NCBI RefSeq assembly: GCF_963921235.1
Contig: NC_086097.1
Span: 132,992,001 to 133,056,000, forward strand
Source of the DNA: Mobula hypostoma
Lineage: Eukaryota
Reading direction: 5' to 3'
Length of the DNA stretch: 64,000 nt
The position numbers and the translations under genes were made by a program. Under the pieces are notes generated by a model that searched no databases, was not told where the DNA came from, and saw only the letters and a program-made list of their open reading frames with translations. The stretch's first letter is position 1. Every line of letters starts with the position of its first letter. Of the stretch, positions 10,608-23,643 are shown piece by piece.

Positions 10608-13174
10608 ATTTGTGGGTTGAGTTAAGGAAATGCAAGGGTAAAAGGATGTTGATGGCAGTTATATACAGGCCTCCCAACAGTGGCTGGGAGGTGGACCACA
10701 GGTTACAACAGGAAATAGAAAAGGCGAGTCAAAAGAGCAATGTTATGGTAGTCATGGGAGATTTTAACATGCAGGTCGATTGGAAAAATCAGGTTAATAA
10801 TGGATCTCCAGTGAGTGAGTTTGTTGAATGCCTAAGAGATGGTTTTTTTCAGAGCAGTTTGCCGTTGAGCCTAGTATACTGAATTGGGTGTTATGTAATG
10901 AACCGGAGGCGATTAGAGAGCTTAAGGTAAAAGAACCCTTAGGAACCAGTGATCACAATAGGACTGAGTTCAACTTGAAATTTGATAGGGAGAAAGTAAA
11001 GTCTGATGTAGCAGTATTTCAGTGGAGTAAGGGAAATTACAGTGATATGAGAGAGGAGTTGACCAAAGTAAATTGGAAGGAGTTGCTAGTAGGGATGTCA
11101 GCAGATCAGCAATGGCATACATTTCTGGGAAAAATGAGGAAGGTGCAGGACATGTCTATTCCAAAATTAAAGAAATACTCAAATGGCAAAATAGTACAAC
11201 CATAGCTGACAAGGGAAGTCAAAGCTAATGTAAAAACAAAAGAGAGGGCATACAACAAAGCAAAAATTATTGGGAAGATAGAGGATTGGGAACTTTTTAA
11301 AAACCTATGGAGAGCAACTAAGAGTGGGAAAGATGAAATATGAAAGCAAGCGAGCAAATAATATCTAAGTGGATAGTAAAAGTATTTTCAAGCATTTAAA
11401 AAATAAAAAAGAGATGAAAGTGGATATAGGACTGCTAGAAAGTAAGGTAGGAAAAGTAATAACAGGGACAAGGAGATGGCAGATGAACTAAATGAGTATT
11501 TTGTATCAGTCTTCACTGTGGAGGACACTAACAGTATGCCTGATGTTGTAGTGTGTGAAGGAAGAGAAGTGGGTGCAGTTACTATTACAAGAGAGAAGGT
11601 GCTCAAAAAGCTGAAAGACCTAAAGGTACATAAGTCATCCGGACCAGATGAACTGCATCCTAGGGTTCTGAAAGATATAGCGTTAGAGATTGTGGTGGCA
11701 TTAGAAAAGATCTTTCAGAAATCGTTGGACTCTGGAATGGTGCCAGAGGACTGGAAAATTAGAAATGTCACTCCATTCTTTAAGAAAGGAGGAACGCAGC
11801 AGAAAGAAAATTATAGACCAGTTAGCCTGACCTCAGTGGTTGGGAAGATGTTAAGGATGAGGTGATGGAGTACTTGGTGACACAGGACAAGATAGTATAA
11901 AGTTAGCATGGTTTCCTTCAGGGAAAATTCTGCCTGACGAACCAATTGGAATTCTTTGAGGAGATTACAAGTAGGATAGATAAAGAATATGCAGTGGATG
12001 TTGTATATTTGGACTTTCAGAGGCCTTTGACAAGGTGCCACACATGAGGCTGCTTACCAAGTTAAGAGCCCATGGTATTACAGGAAAGTTATTAACATGG
12101 TTAGAGCACTGACTGATTGGTAAGAGGCAGCGAGTGGGAATAAAAGGATCCTTTTCTGGTTGGCTGCCAGTGACTAGTGGTGTTCCGCAGGGGTCAGTGT
12201 TGGGACCACTTCTTTTTATGCTGTATATAAATGATCTAGATGATAGAATAGATGGCTTTACTGCCAAGTTTGCAGATGATACAAAGATTGGTGGAGGGGC
12301 AAGCAGGCAGGATGCAGAAGGTCAGATTAGGGGAATGGGCAAGAAAGTGGCAAATGAATTATAATAGTTGAAAATGCTTGGACATGCACTTTGGTAGTAG
12401 AAATAAGTGTGCAGACTATTTTCTAAATGGGGAGAAAAGCCAAAAATCTGAGATGCAAAGGGATTTGGGAGACCTTATGCAGAACACCCTAAAGGTTAAT
12501 TTTCAGTTTGAGTCAGTGGGTGAGGAAGGCAAATGCCATGTTAGCATTCATTTCAAGAGGTCTAGAATACAAGTGATGCTGAGAGTTTATAAGGCAATTG
12601 TGAGGCCTCTCCTTGAGTATTGTGTACAATTTTGGGTCCTCATTTTAGAAAAGATGTGCTGACATTGGAGAGGGTCTAGAGGAGGTTTATAAGGATGATT
12701 CCAGGAATGAAAGAGTTATCATATGAGGAGCGTTTGATGGCTCTGGGTCTGTACTCACTAGAATTCAGAAGGTTGAAGGGGGAGATCTCATTGAAACCTT
12801 TCGAATGTTGAAAGGCCTAGACAGAGTAGGTGTGGAAAGGATGTTTCCCACGATGGGAGAGTCTAGGACAAGAGGGCACAGCCTCAGGACAGAGGGTCAC
12901 CCTTTCAGAACAGAGATGTGGAGAAATTTCTTTAGCCAAAGGGTGGTGAATTTGTGGAATTTGTTGTCATATGCAGCTGTGGAGGCCAGGTCATTGGGTG
13001 TATTTAGGGCAGAGACTGATAGGTTTCTGTTTGGACAGGACATCAAAGGTTACAGGGAGAAGGCGGGGAAATGGGGTTGAGGAGGAGAAAAAAGGGGATC
13101 ATCCATGATTGAATAGTGGAGCAGACTCGATGGGCCAAATGGCCTAATTCTGCTCGTATGTCTTATGGTCTTAT
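10608..13174 (+). mobile_element. 5'-truncated degenerate CR1 LINE (in galr1 intron 1)
   Basis: Fragmented APE/RT ORFs 10610-13080 (YRPPN, MGDFN, GVPQGSVLGP, FADD) and (CTTATGGT)n tail. Confidence 0.9.
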
Positions 13175-14790
13175 GTCCTGGGTGACAGGGGTACTTCATG
13201 ATGGATGCCGCTCTTTTAAGGCATTGCCTATTGAAGGTGACCTGGATGTTGGGAAGGCTACTGCCCATGAGAGAGCTGGCTGAGTTTGCAACTTTCCGAA
13301 GCTTCCTCCGATCCTGTGCAGTGGCCCTTCCCCCTCCATACCAGGCTGTGATGCAAACAGTTAGAATGTTCACTATGTAGAAATTTGCAAATGTCTTTGG
13401 TGATATACCAGTTCTTCTCAAATTCCTAATGAAATATAGCCAATCCCAAGCCTTCTTTGCAGTTGCATTAATATGTTGGGCCCAGGATAGATCCTCAGAG
13501 ATGTTGACACCCAGGAACTTGAAATTGCTCACTCTGTCCACTTCCGATCCCTCGATGAGGACTGGTTTGTGTTTTCTCGTCTTACCCTCTCTAAAGTCTA
13601 CATTCAGTTTCCTGGTCTTACTGATGTTGAGTGCAAGGTTGTTGCTGCGATACCTTTCAACCAGCTCATCTATCTCACGCTTGTACATCTCTTCATCACC
13701 ATCAGAAATTCTGCCAACAAGAGCTGTGACATAAGAAAATTTATAGACAGCATTTGAACTCTGCCTAGCCACACAGGCACGGGTATAGAGAAAGTAGAGC
13801 AGTGGTCTAAGCTCACATCCCTGAGGTACGACAGTGCTGATTGTCAGCAAGGAGGAAATATTGTTTCCAATCCGCACAGTATGTGGTCTCCCTGTGAGGC
13901 ATTCAAGGATCCTGTTGCAGAGGGAGGTACAGAGGCCCAGAATTTGGAGCTTGTTGATTAGAACTGGGGTATGATTGTGATGAAAGTTGAGCTGTAATCA
14001 ATAAAGTGCAGCCTATTACTCTTGTCCAGGTGATTCAAGTCAAGTGGAGAGCCAATGGGATTGCATCTACTGTGAACCTAATGTGGCAAGAGGCAAGCTA
14101 CAGCAGGTCCAAGTCCTTGCTTAGGTAGGCATTCATTCTTGTCATGACTAACTTCTCAAAGCACCTTAACACAGTAGGTGTGTGTACCACTGGATGACAG
14201 CTCACCCTGCCCTTCTTCAGCACTAGTATGATAGTCACTCTTTTGAAGCAGGTGGATCATCCAACTGCAGCAGTGAGAGATTGGAGTTGTTCTTGAACAC
14301 TCCCACCAGTTGGTTGGCTCAGGTTTCCAGAGCCTTGCCAGGTACAACGTCTGGGGCCTGTCGCCACGTGAGGGTTTACACTCCTGAGAGGTGTTCTGGC
14401 ATTGGCCTCCAAAACAGACATCACTGAGTCACCAGATGCTGCAGGGATTCGTACAGGTGTAGTTCTACTTTCCATTTCAAAGCATACATAAAAGATATGG
14501 AACTCATCAGAGACTGAAGAATCACAGCCATTCATGATGTTAAGTTTTGCTTTGTAGGAAGTTATGGCCTGTAATCTGTGCCAGAGTTGACGTGCATCTG
14601 ACTCCATCTCTAATCGCAATCAGGTTTTCTTTCTCGTCCCTAAAATTGACTTTGATAGATCATACTTGGACCTCTTGTATAGTTCTTGAATGCCACAGAT
14701 CTAGTCCTCAGGAGACTATGAACCTCCAGTTCATCGACAGCTTTTTTTTGGGTATGACCAATACATTCGCGAAGGCACATTCTCATCCAC
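13175..14790 (-). mobile_element. Rex1/Babar-like LINE, degenerate RT
   Basis: ORF 13050-13877 with [21 protein letters not shown] and [17 protein letters not shown] 14257-14619 with ARQLWHRLQAITSYK. Confidence 0.85.
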
Positions 14791-16209
14791 AAAGGCCTTG
14801 CTGACCCTTAACTACTTTTGCATCATAACTATCAATCAATTTTTAACCTCTAGGTTAAATGGATCAACAATTGGCATAAAATAACCATAAAAATTATATA
14901 GGATCACAACAGGGAATCAAGTTGTTTGACCCAACCAGTTCATGCTGATGTTCTCACTCCATTTGAGCTTCCTTCACTAACCCATTAGCGTAACCTCCTC
15001 CTCAAATGCTTACCCAGTCTCCCTTTAAGTGTAAAATAAAAACAGAAAATGCTGGAAAAGTTTAGCAGATCAAGCAGCATCTGTGGAAAGAAAAACAGTG
15101 TCTCAGGACAAAAACTCAGTGTTTCTAGCATTTTTTATTTCAGTTTTTATGAGGGTGCAGAAGTTTATCAGGATGCTGCCTGGATTAGAAAGTATAAGCT
15201 ATAAGGAGAGGATAGGCAAACTCAGGTTCTTTTCTCTAGCGTGGACCACACTAGATGGAATATTTTTCAGGTGAGAGAGAGAAAGTTGAAAGGGGATGTG
15301 TGGGGCAAGTTTTGATTTTTTTTTTAAACACAGGGAATGGTAGGAGCCCAGAATGGCTTGTGGATGTGGTATTGGAAGCAAATACTATATATTGAGCTAT
15401 GGAAGAGGTTTTTTGATAGGCAGATGAATATGCAGAAATTTGAATCAATTGCAGGCAAAAGAGATTAGTTTAATGTGGCATTATGCTCAGCTCAGGCATT
15501 GTGGTCTTGTCCTGTCCTGTAATATTCTCTATTTCAGACTTCTAATATCCGCAGCTTTTTTTGATTTTCACAGTCTTAAATAACCTTTGCTTCAAGCATG
15601 CCCAGTGGGAGCATGTCCAACATTCTCACTGATCCTTAAAAAATGTCTCTTGTGAATTGCCTTGTGGATTTTCTTACATCAGTGGCCTCTGGTTTGCTCT
15701 TTCCCATGTTCTCTTTTTGTATCCACTCTGCCAAAGCCTTTCATCATATTAATGACCTCTATTAGTTTACTATTCAACTTCCTGTTTGCAAGATAAAATA
15801 AACCCAGCTTGTTCATCTTTTCATGATGTGTGTAACTTTGCATTTCTGTTATCAGCCTTGTAAGTCTTCTCTGTACCATCTCCAGTGCCTCCATATCCTT
15901 TTTGATGATATTCTGAAACGTGTGTAAGATTACAATGATCTAATCAGGATCCAATACAAATCTGGCATATCTTTCCCAATTTTCAATTTTATCCCTCTAG
16001 AAATAAAATCCGAGTAACATACACAAAATGCTGGAAGAACTCAGCAGGTTAGGAAACATCTATTGAAATGAATAAACAGTTGACATTTTCGCCCAAGAGC
16101 CTTTGTCAAGACTGAGAAGGAAGGAGGAAGACCCTGGTTTACAGACTTAATGGCTCACATCACATCAAATGATGCGTACATTTTAACTCCAGGATGCCCC
16201 TGTTCCCCT

Positions 16210-17922
16210 ATCCTAGCTATCTTCCTATCCCACCTGCACACAGGCAGAGACAGAAGGGCAAGGCCAGAGATAAGGACAACAAAGAGGTGGTCATGGATGC
16301 AGAGGAGGAGCTACAGATTACTTCAAGTCGGTAGACTGAGCCATGTTCAAGGACTGTATAAAAACATTTGTAGACGAGTGTATCCTCAGAAAATCATTGA
16401 GTCTTCCCCAAACCATAAGTCTTGGCTGAACCATAAAATCCACAATCTGCTCAGAGCCAGATCAGTAACATTCAGGTCTGGCAACTAAATTAAATACAAG
16501 AGGTCCAGGTATGATTTCCAGAAAGCTACCTCACACCCGAAGTAGCAATTTTGGACCAAACTTGAATCGCTGAAGGATGATCAAAAGCTGTAGTAGGGCT
16601 TGAATGCTATTACCAGTCCTACAAATTGAAACCAAGTGACATAGGTGACACCAAGATTTCACTCCCAGATCAACTCAATGCCTGTTATGCTCGCTTTGAC
16701 CGTCAAAACATGGAGGCACCTTCATAAACTCACACAAATGCCGAAAACCCTGTGGTTTCTGAGGCTGACGTGAGAGTGTCCTTCAGGAAGATAAACCCAC
16801 AGAAAGCATCCTGCCCAGATGAGGTATCTGGTTGAGTGTTAAAGACTTGTGCAGAGCAACCAGCTGGAATTTTCACCAATATCTTTAAACCCTTCCATCA
16901 GTAGTCTAAACTACCCAACTGCTTCAAGCAGGTTTCAATTTTACCAGTGCCTAAGAAGGACATGGTAACATGACCCAATGACTATCATCTAGTAGCACTT
17001 ACATTCACTGTGATGAAGTGCTTTGAGAGGCTGGTGATGAAATTTATCAGTTCTTGCCTGAGGAGTGACGTGGATCCAATCCAGCTTGTCTATCATCACA
17101 ACAGGTCAACAGCAGATGTCATTTCATTGGCTCTTCACTCAATCCTGGAACATCTGGATCAGAGGTGGAGAGGGTCAGCATCTTTAAATTCCTCAGGGTT
17201 ATCATTTGAGTGGATCTGTCCTGGGTCCAGCACTTAAGTGCCATTATGTAGAAAGCACCTCCACTTTCTCAGAAGTTTGTGAAGATTCAGCATGTCATCT
17301 GAAACTTTGACAAACTTCTATAGATGTGTGGAGAGCATATTGCTGGTTGCATCACAGTCTGGTATGGAAACACTAAAGCCTTTGTATGGAAATTCCTATG
17401 AAAAGTAATGGATATGGCCGAGTCCATCACAGGTAAAGCCCTCCTCACCATTGAGCACATCTACATGTAGCACTGCTGCAGGAATGGAGCTTCCATCATC
17501 AAGGATCCCTGCCCTCCAGGCATTGCTCTCTTCTCTCTGCTGCCATCAGGTAGGAGGTATAGGAACCTCAGGATCCACGTCGCCAGGTTCAGGAACAGTT
17601 ATTACCCTTCAGCCATCAGTCTCTTGAACAAAAGGGGATAACCACTCAACTTCACGTAGCCCTTCACTGAACTGGACTCACTTCAGGGACTCTCCATCTC
17701 CTGTTCTCAATATTTGTTGCTTCTTTATTTATTATTATTTCTTTTTGCTCTTTCTTTTTGCAGTTGCACAATTTGTTTCTTTTGCACATGAGTTATTGTC
17801 TGCACTGTTGGATGTGGTCTATCACTGATTCTAGTGTTTACTGCGATTGCCCATTAGAAAAAGAATCTCGGGGTTGTATATGGTGAAATATTTGTAATTT
17901 GACAATAAATTTACTTTGAACT
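16210..17922 (+). mobile_element. Rex1/Babar-like LINE, degenerate with internal deletion
   Basis: MKCFERLVM..NRSTADVISLALH; C-terminal remnants; aataaatttactttgaac tail. Confidence 0.8.
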
Positions 17923-18439
17923 ATCCCACAAAGACTTACAGATTCCAAGCAATAATCAACCTCTACTCTTCTCACCGAAAAGCACTACGTTATTTATCTT
18001 TGACTTATAGCTGCCCTCTATTTGTTCCTTCTGCACATTAACTGCATTTATTGCAAGATATGCTTCATGGATAGGACAGGGTTAGAGGGATAGCGTCCAA
18101 ATGCAGGCACATTGGACTAGTTTAGATGGGTACCTTGATTGACATGGACAGCTTGAGCAAAACGGCCTGTATCTGTGATATACTACTCTATGACTCTTTG
18201 TAACAAACATCATTTACACTGATGGTTGTGGAAAGAGAAACACCCAAAGTGCTGATCTGCAAATAACTTCTCAGTTTGCTGACCCTGAAAGTCACACTAT
18301 CAGTTGTGACATTCACAATTTTCAGATCAGGGAGCCATTGTACACTAATGGACTTGCAACCATAAAGATCGTGGAATATAATTTGATATCATATTGCCAT
18401 ACCAGAAGCTGCCTTGATTACAGGGTATGAGCTGTAAGA

Positions 18440-18862
18440 AAATGTTAGCAAACTTAGGTTGTTTCCTCTAGAGTGTTGGAGGCTCAGGGGAGGACTGACA
18501 GAAGTTGATACAATTATGAGAGGTATAGGTTTTGCAGACAGGATCACCTTCACAGAATAGAAATGGTAAATACTAGCAGACATGCGTTTAAGTTAGGAGG
18601 GGGAATATTTAAATGAGATGTACAAGACAAGTGTTTGTTTTAGAGAGCGGTAGATGACTAAACAGGCTGCCATATGTAGTGGTGGATGCAAATAGGATAG
18701 GAGTGTTTAAGGGGTTTTTGGTTAAGTACATGAAAATGCAAGGAATGGAAGGACAGGGATCACATGCAGGCAGAAGACATTTAGTTTAACTTGACATCAT
18801 GTTCAGCGCAGATATTGTCGATTAAAGACCTGTTTCTGTGCTGCTCTGTTCTATGCTCCATG
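18440..18862 (+). mobile_element. Old CR1 3' fragment
   Basis: KLRLFPLECWRLRGGLTEV.TIMRG remnant and CR1 3'UTR. Similar scraps at ~15150-16010 and 42470-42865. Confidence 0.6.
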
Positions 18863-21249
18863 TATATCTAAGAATATTAGCCAATAACTTTCCCATTCTT
18901 ATACAAAACCCTGCATTGTTTGATATGCTAGCTGCATCATGACATACGAGATGAAAAAGAGTGTATTAATATTATAATTCATCTAAAGCTGCACAATAAG
19001 TGATAGAAGCTTTCTATGAGGTTTATGATTTCAAATTGAATTGATGAACTCCAATAAAAAGAGGGAAGCTCTATAAGTCAAAATTAGAGACTGTAAGCGT
19101 TTTAACACACCGTATTAAATCAGACTTGGGGAGAGTCTAATGCAGCGACAAGAGATTGGTTCAATCTCGCTTTCAATAATGATTGCTCAGTTCAAGCATC
19201 GAGTGTGGGCACTGCTGCAGAAACTGACACTGAAATGAAATATCGTTTTTTTTTATACATACTGTAAGTGTGCAAGGTGGTCAATTTACAATGAGAATCT
19301 CAACTGAGATCTTGTCGGTTATCTTGATGATACTCCAAGAAAAGCTGCAGCTATACAATCAAAACAAATGCGACTACAGCACTCAAGCACTTTTGACAGC
19401 ACAGATGGAAAGAATTGGTTAGAAGAAAGATTGTAACCGGGGTGCAGAGATTAGGAGTAACCAGCAAAGAAGATAATGAGGGAGGTGAGGAAAATTGTTT
19501 TGTCTCAACAATTTGGAATGCATGCCCAGGAGGCATATTCAGGTATCAGAGGGACTTGCATTTTGTCTTATATTTGTTAGGCCAGTGGGAAAGAGAAGTA
19601 ATTTTTATCTCTACTAGTGAGCTAGTACAGTCATGAATAACCAAATAGCCTCCTTCTATGCTGTCTGAATGTTTTTTTGAAGAGAGGTTAAACTCTGAGC
19701 ATTCCCACTTGGAAAGTAAAAGTAAAGAGTAACACAAAAATGCTGGAAGAACTTAATGAGTATGAGAGTATCTATGGAGGAAAATGGACAAGGTTTCAAG
19801 TGAAAACCGTGATTCCACATCTGCAGTCTCTTGCATCATCAAAGGATAATTCAACAAATGATCTCGCAGATCCACTCCCTCACTGTGCGATAAACACTGG
19901 TTCTGAACTCATTGGATTATTTCCATAGAAAACATGAAGGTGTTTCCACAAAGCACAGAGTGAACTATTGCCCAGTCCTTTCATTTGAAGGATAATTCAG
20001 CATAGTCCTTCCCACCAACATCCAAAAGCAACACATCATCCTGCTGCTTCAATCTATCGAGGAATTTAAAAAGCAGGGCATTTAATCCAGGTTTTGGGTT
20101 GAAACCTGACTTTTTTTTTGTCTTTCCCATCACTACCTGAATGCACTGGGCTAGAAATTCTTTTCAGTTAGCAATACAAAACAGTTAGCATTGGATAGGA
20201 GCTTTACTGTAGGATTGTTTGAAATGGAAGGGGCAGAGGGAAGTCATTCAGACCAAGGCATAGCTATCTTGCCTACTCTCACTTCCCTGCTCTAGATGTG
20301 TACCTTGCAGATTATCACATGTCAAAGAGCTCATCCAAATACCACGTGGTTTTCTGCTCCACCACATGTTCTAGACACTCCCCTCCTTTTTCCTCATCTC
20401 CCCTCCAGTCCTTCCCCCAGTCACTTTAGATCTTTGTCTCCTGGTTGTCAAAATTTTTACGAAGTCCCAATCTACCTCAATGACTCCTCACTGCTGCAAG
20501 GTAACATTGCCTCTAATTCCTCACTGGTAGCTTGTCAGAGTGACATTGCTTCATGGTGAAGCTAGATAATGAGCTTTAGTTCAGCCACATGATACTGGGC
20601 AAAGTGGATCAAGGGAGTATTATGGTCTGTCCAGATCTGATGTCCATTTGACGATTTGAGAATGATGGCAAGTAGCATATCTCTGAGATGATCATGCTCT
20701 CCCTATGCCAGGGTGAATTCATTGCGTAAACCAGTTGATAATGAGGAGGGAAGCAACTTTTACTTCACTCATCATTACTGCTTCCATTGACAATACCTTT
20801 TCTTGCTTCTCAACTCAATCTCCTGTGGCCAACCATCCTATTCTATAGTCAGCAAACAGGAGTTCAGATGAAACAATTTTACCCATGTCCTTACTCAGCA
20901 ACCAAAAATGCTTCTGATTTTCAAACACCTCCAGGGGCTTGCACACACCCACTCCCTCACAATTGCCACTCTCTTCAAGCTCCCCAGAACTGGCACTTCT
21001 CCAAATTCTGGCCTCTTCTCCACTGCAAAATATAGGCTCTTCACCAAACACAACCAAGCTAAGCCTTTGAGGTCTCACTTTAAGTTACTATCTATTTAAG
21101 ATTCTCTTTCATGCCTCTTTCTTTTATCAAGCTTTTGTTCATTACATCTAATACTCTTTAAGTGGCTTAGTGTCCAATTCTTTTGTTTGATAATGCAAAC
21201 TTGATACAATTTGAATGTTTTAATCACAGAGGAGCATGTTATATAAATG

Positions 21250-22443
21250 TCATCCCCTCAAAACTAATCAATAAGCTTCAAGACCTTTTCTTCAATACCT
21301 CTTTGAATTGGCTCCTCAGTTTCCTCACTTGAGGACTTCAGTCAGTTTTGATTGGCAACATCTCTTCCACAATCTCCATCAACACAGGTGTACCCCAAGG
21401 CTGTGTCCTTTGCCCCCCTGCTCTATTTGCTTTACACTTATAAGCACAGTTCTAATGCCATATATAAGTTTGCTGATGACAACACTGTTGCAGGCCAAAT
21501 CAATGGTGGTGACAAATCAACATATAGGAGGGAGATTGAAAATCTAGCTGAATGGGGCCACAACAAAATGCTCTCACTCCATGTCACAAAAACCAAGGAG
21601 CTGATTATTGACTTCAGGAGGAGGAAACTAGAAATCCATGAGCCAGCCCTCACTGGGGGATCAGACATGGAGAGGGTCGGCAAATTTAAATTCCTCAGCG
21701 TTATCTTTTCAGAGGACCTGTACTGCACCCACGAAGAAAGCAGGGCAGCAACTCTACTTCCTTAGGGGTTTCTGAAGGTTCAACATGACATCTAAAACTT
21801 TTGACAAACTTCTATAGATGTATGGTGGAGAGTATATTGACTGCTACATCATAGCCTGGTATGGAAGCACCAATGCCCTTGAACAGAAAATCCTACAAAA
21901 AGTAGTGGATACAGCCCAGTCCATCAGGGTAAAAGGCCTCCCCACCATTGAGCTCATACATCTGCATGAAACATTGTTGCAGAGAAGCAGCATCTGTCAT
22001 CAGGGACCCCCACCAACTAGGTCATGCTCTCTTCCCACTGCTGCCTTCAGGGAGAAGAAACAGGAGCCTCATGACTCACATGTTCGGGAACAGTTATCGT
22101 CCATCAACTATCAGACTCTTGAACCAAAGGGGATAACTTCACCCAAGTTCACTTGCCACATCATTGAACTGTTCCCACAACCTAGGGACTCACTTACAAG
22201 GAATCTTCATTTCATGTTCTCAATATTTATTTCTTATTTATTTGTTATTATTATTACTATCACTATTTCTTTCTTTTTGTATTTGCACAGTTTGTTGTCT
22301 TTTGCACGATGGTTGAACACCCAAGTTGGTGCGGTCTTTCATTGATTCTTTTATGGATTTATTGAGTATGCCTGCAAGAAAATGAATCACAGGGCTGTTT
22401 ATGGTGACATATATGTACTTTGATAATAAATTTATTTTGAACA
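21250..22443 (+). mobile_element. Rex1/Babar-like LINE 3' half
   Basis: IYKFADDNTVAG, KTKELIIDFRR and FKFL motifs; aataaatttattttgaac tail. Confidence 0.85.
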
Positions 22444-22897
22444 TTGTATCTGTGCTACTCCATCAGCCAGCCCTGTAGGTCACAGCTCCTCAACCAGATA
22501 GTGTACCTTGTTGCAAGTGCAACATTTCCTGCCGGTGAGATCCAAACCGCCTAGTGCATTATACTGGGAGCAGATATTGGTTTTTAACTCCTTATAACTA
22601 CTTACATCAAATGCTTGTCTATGATTCATGTTAATATATAAGTTACTGCTAATTGCAGTTTACCCTTATCCTGCAATCAAAGTCGAGTTTGTTGTCAGGT
22701 ATATGTATGCAGCGGTACAATAATAAACTAACGGCAGTATCACAGGCAAATAGCATCAGATACGCAATAGTCACATGGAAAAGTAAACATAAATTTTACA
22801 CAATTGTGCAACATGAGAACAAAACTGACTATTACAGTGCAAAGTGGTGAGAGTGTTGCTATACTGAGCTAGTGACTGGAGCAATCCCGGGACTTAC

Positions 22898-23542
22898 CTT
22901 GGCGTAGCAATAGCAGATGAGGAGCAGAGGCAGCAGGTAGCCAACCACGAAGGTGGCCACCTTGTAGATTCGTCTATAAACGAGGAAAGTCCACAAATCC
23001 CAACAGAAGGGGCCCTGGCCTTTGATGTGCAGTAGTACGCGGTAGTAAGCTTCAGGCGACGCGGCGGCCAAAGAGAGCACCCAAATAAGCAGGACTCCCA
23101 TGACCGTGTGCCTGGCCACCCGAATGCAGGAGGACTTCCTGGAGTGGACGATGGCAATATAGCGATCGACCGCCATGGCAGCGAGAGAGAAAATGCTGAC
23201 CAGCATTGACACGGTAAAGAAGTAGTGGACGAACTTGCAGAGGAAGCGCCCGAAGACCCAGTGGGGCAGGAAATAGTAGGTGGACTGGAACGGGATGCAG
23301 AAGAGTAGGTAGGACAGGTCGGCGATGCTGAGGTTGAGGATTAAGATGTTGGTGGTGCTTCGAGGCTTGCCCGGGGAACTGCGAGCCAACACCGTGATGA
23401 CTAGAGAGTTGCCCAGGACCCCGAGGCAGAAGATAAGGCTGAAAACGGGGATGATGATGTACCCGTCCGTGCCGATCTGACTGCCTCCTCCCGCAGCCTC
23501 CACGCTCTCGTTCAACCCCAGACTGCTATGGTTCAGTTCCAT
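22898..23542 (-). CDS. galr1: Galanin receptor type 1-like GPCR, coding exon 1 (N-terminus to end of TM5)
   Basis: Translation contains GNSLVITVLARS.PGKPRSTTN, NLSIADLSYLLFCIPFQ, HYFFTVSMLVSIF, DRY and GYLLPLLLICYCYAK, matching vertebrate GALR1. Exon is 645 nt (215 codons) and ends in phase 0 at AAG|GTAAGT, the GALR1 intron position after CYAK. galr1a vs galr1b not resolved. Confidence 0.95.
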
Positions 23543-23614
23543 CCCTGTACCTGTAGATTAAACAAACTATCAATAACAGTATCGTTAATGCCTACAGCAC
23601 TTCCAAGCTTTAGT

Positions 23615-23643
23615 TTTCTCTTTCTCTCTCTCTCTATCTCTCT
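23615..23643. repeat. (CT)n microsatellite upstream of the galr1 start codon
   Basis: tttctctttctctctctctctatctctct. Confidence 0.7.

Noticed and set aside
22859..22897. C-terminal extension VSPGIAPVTSSV* of the 227-aa ORF, suggesting a truncated 5-TM receptor
   Set aside because: This is read-through into intron 1 past a canonical AAG|GTAAGT donor; exon 2 is present at 8050-8115.
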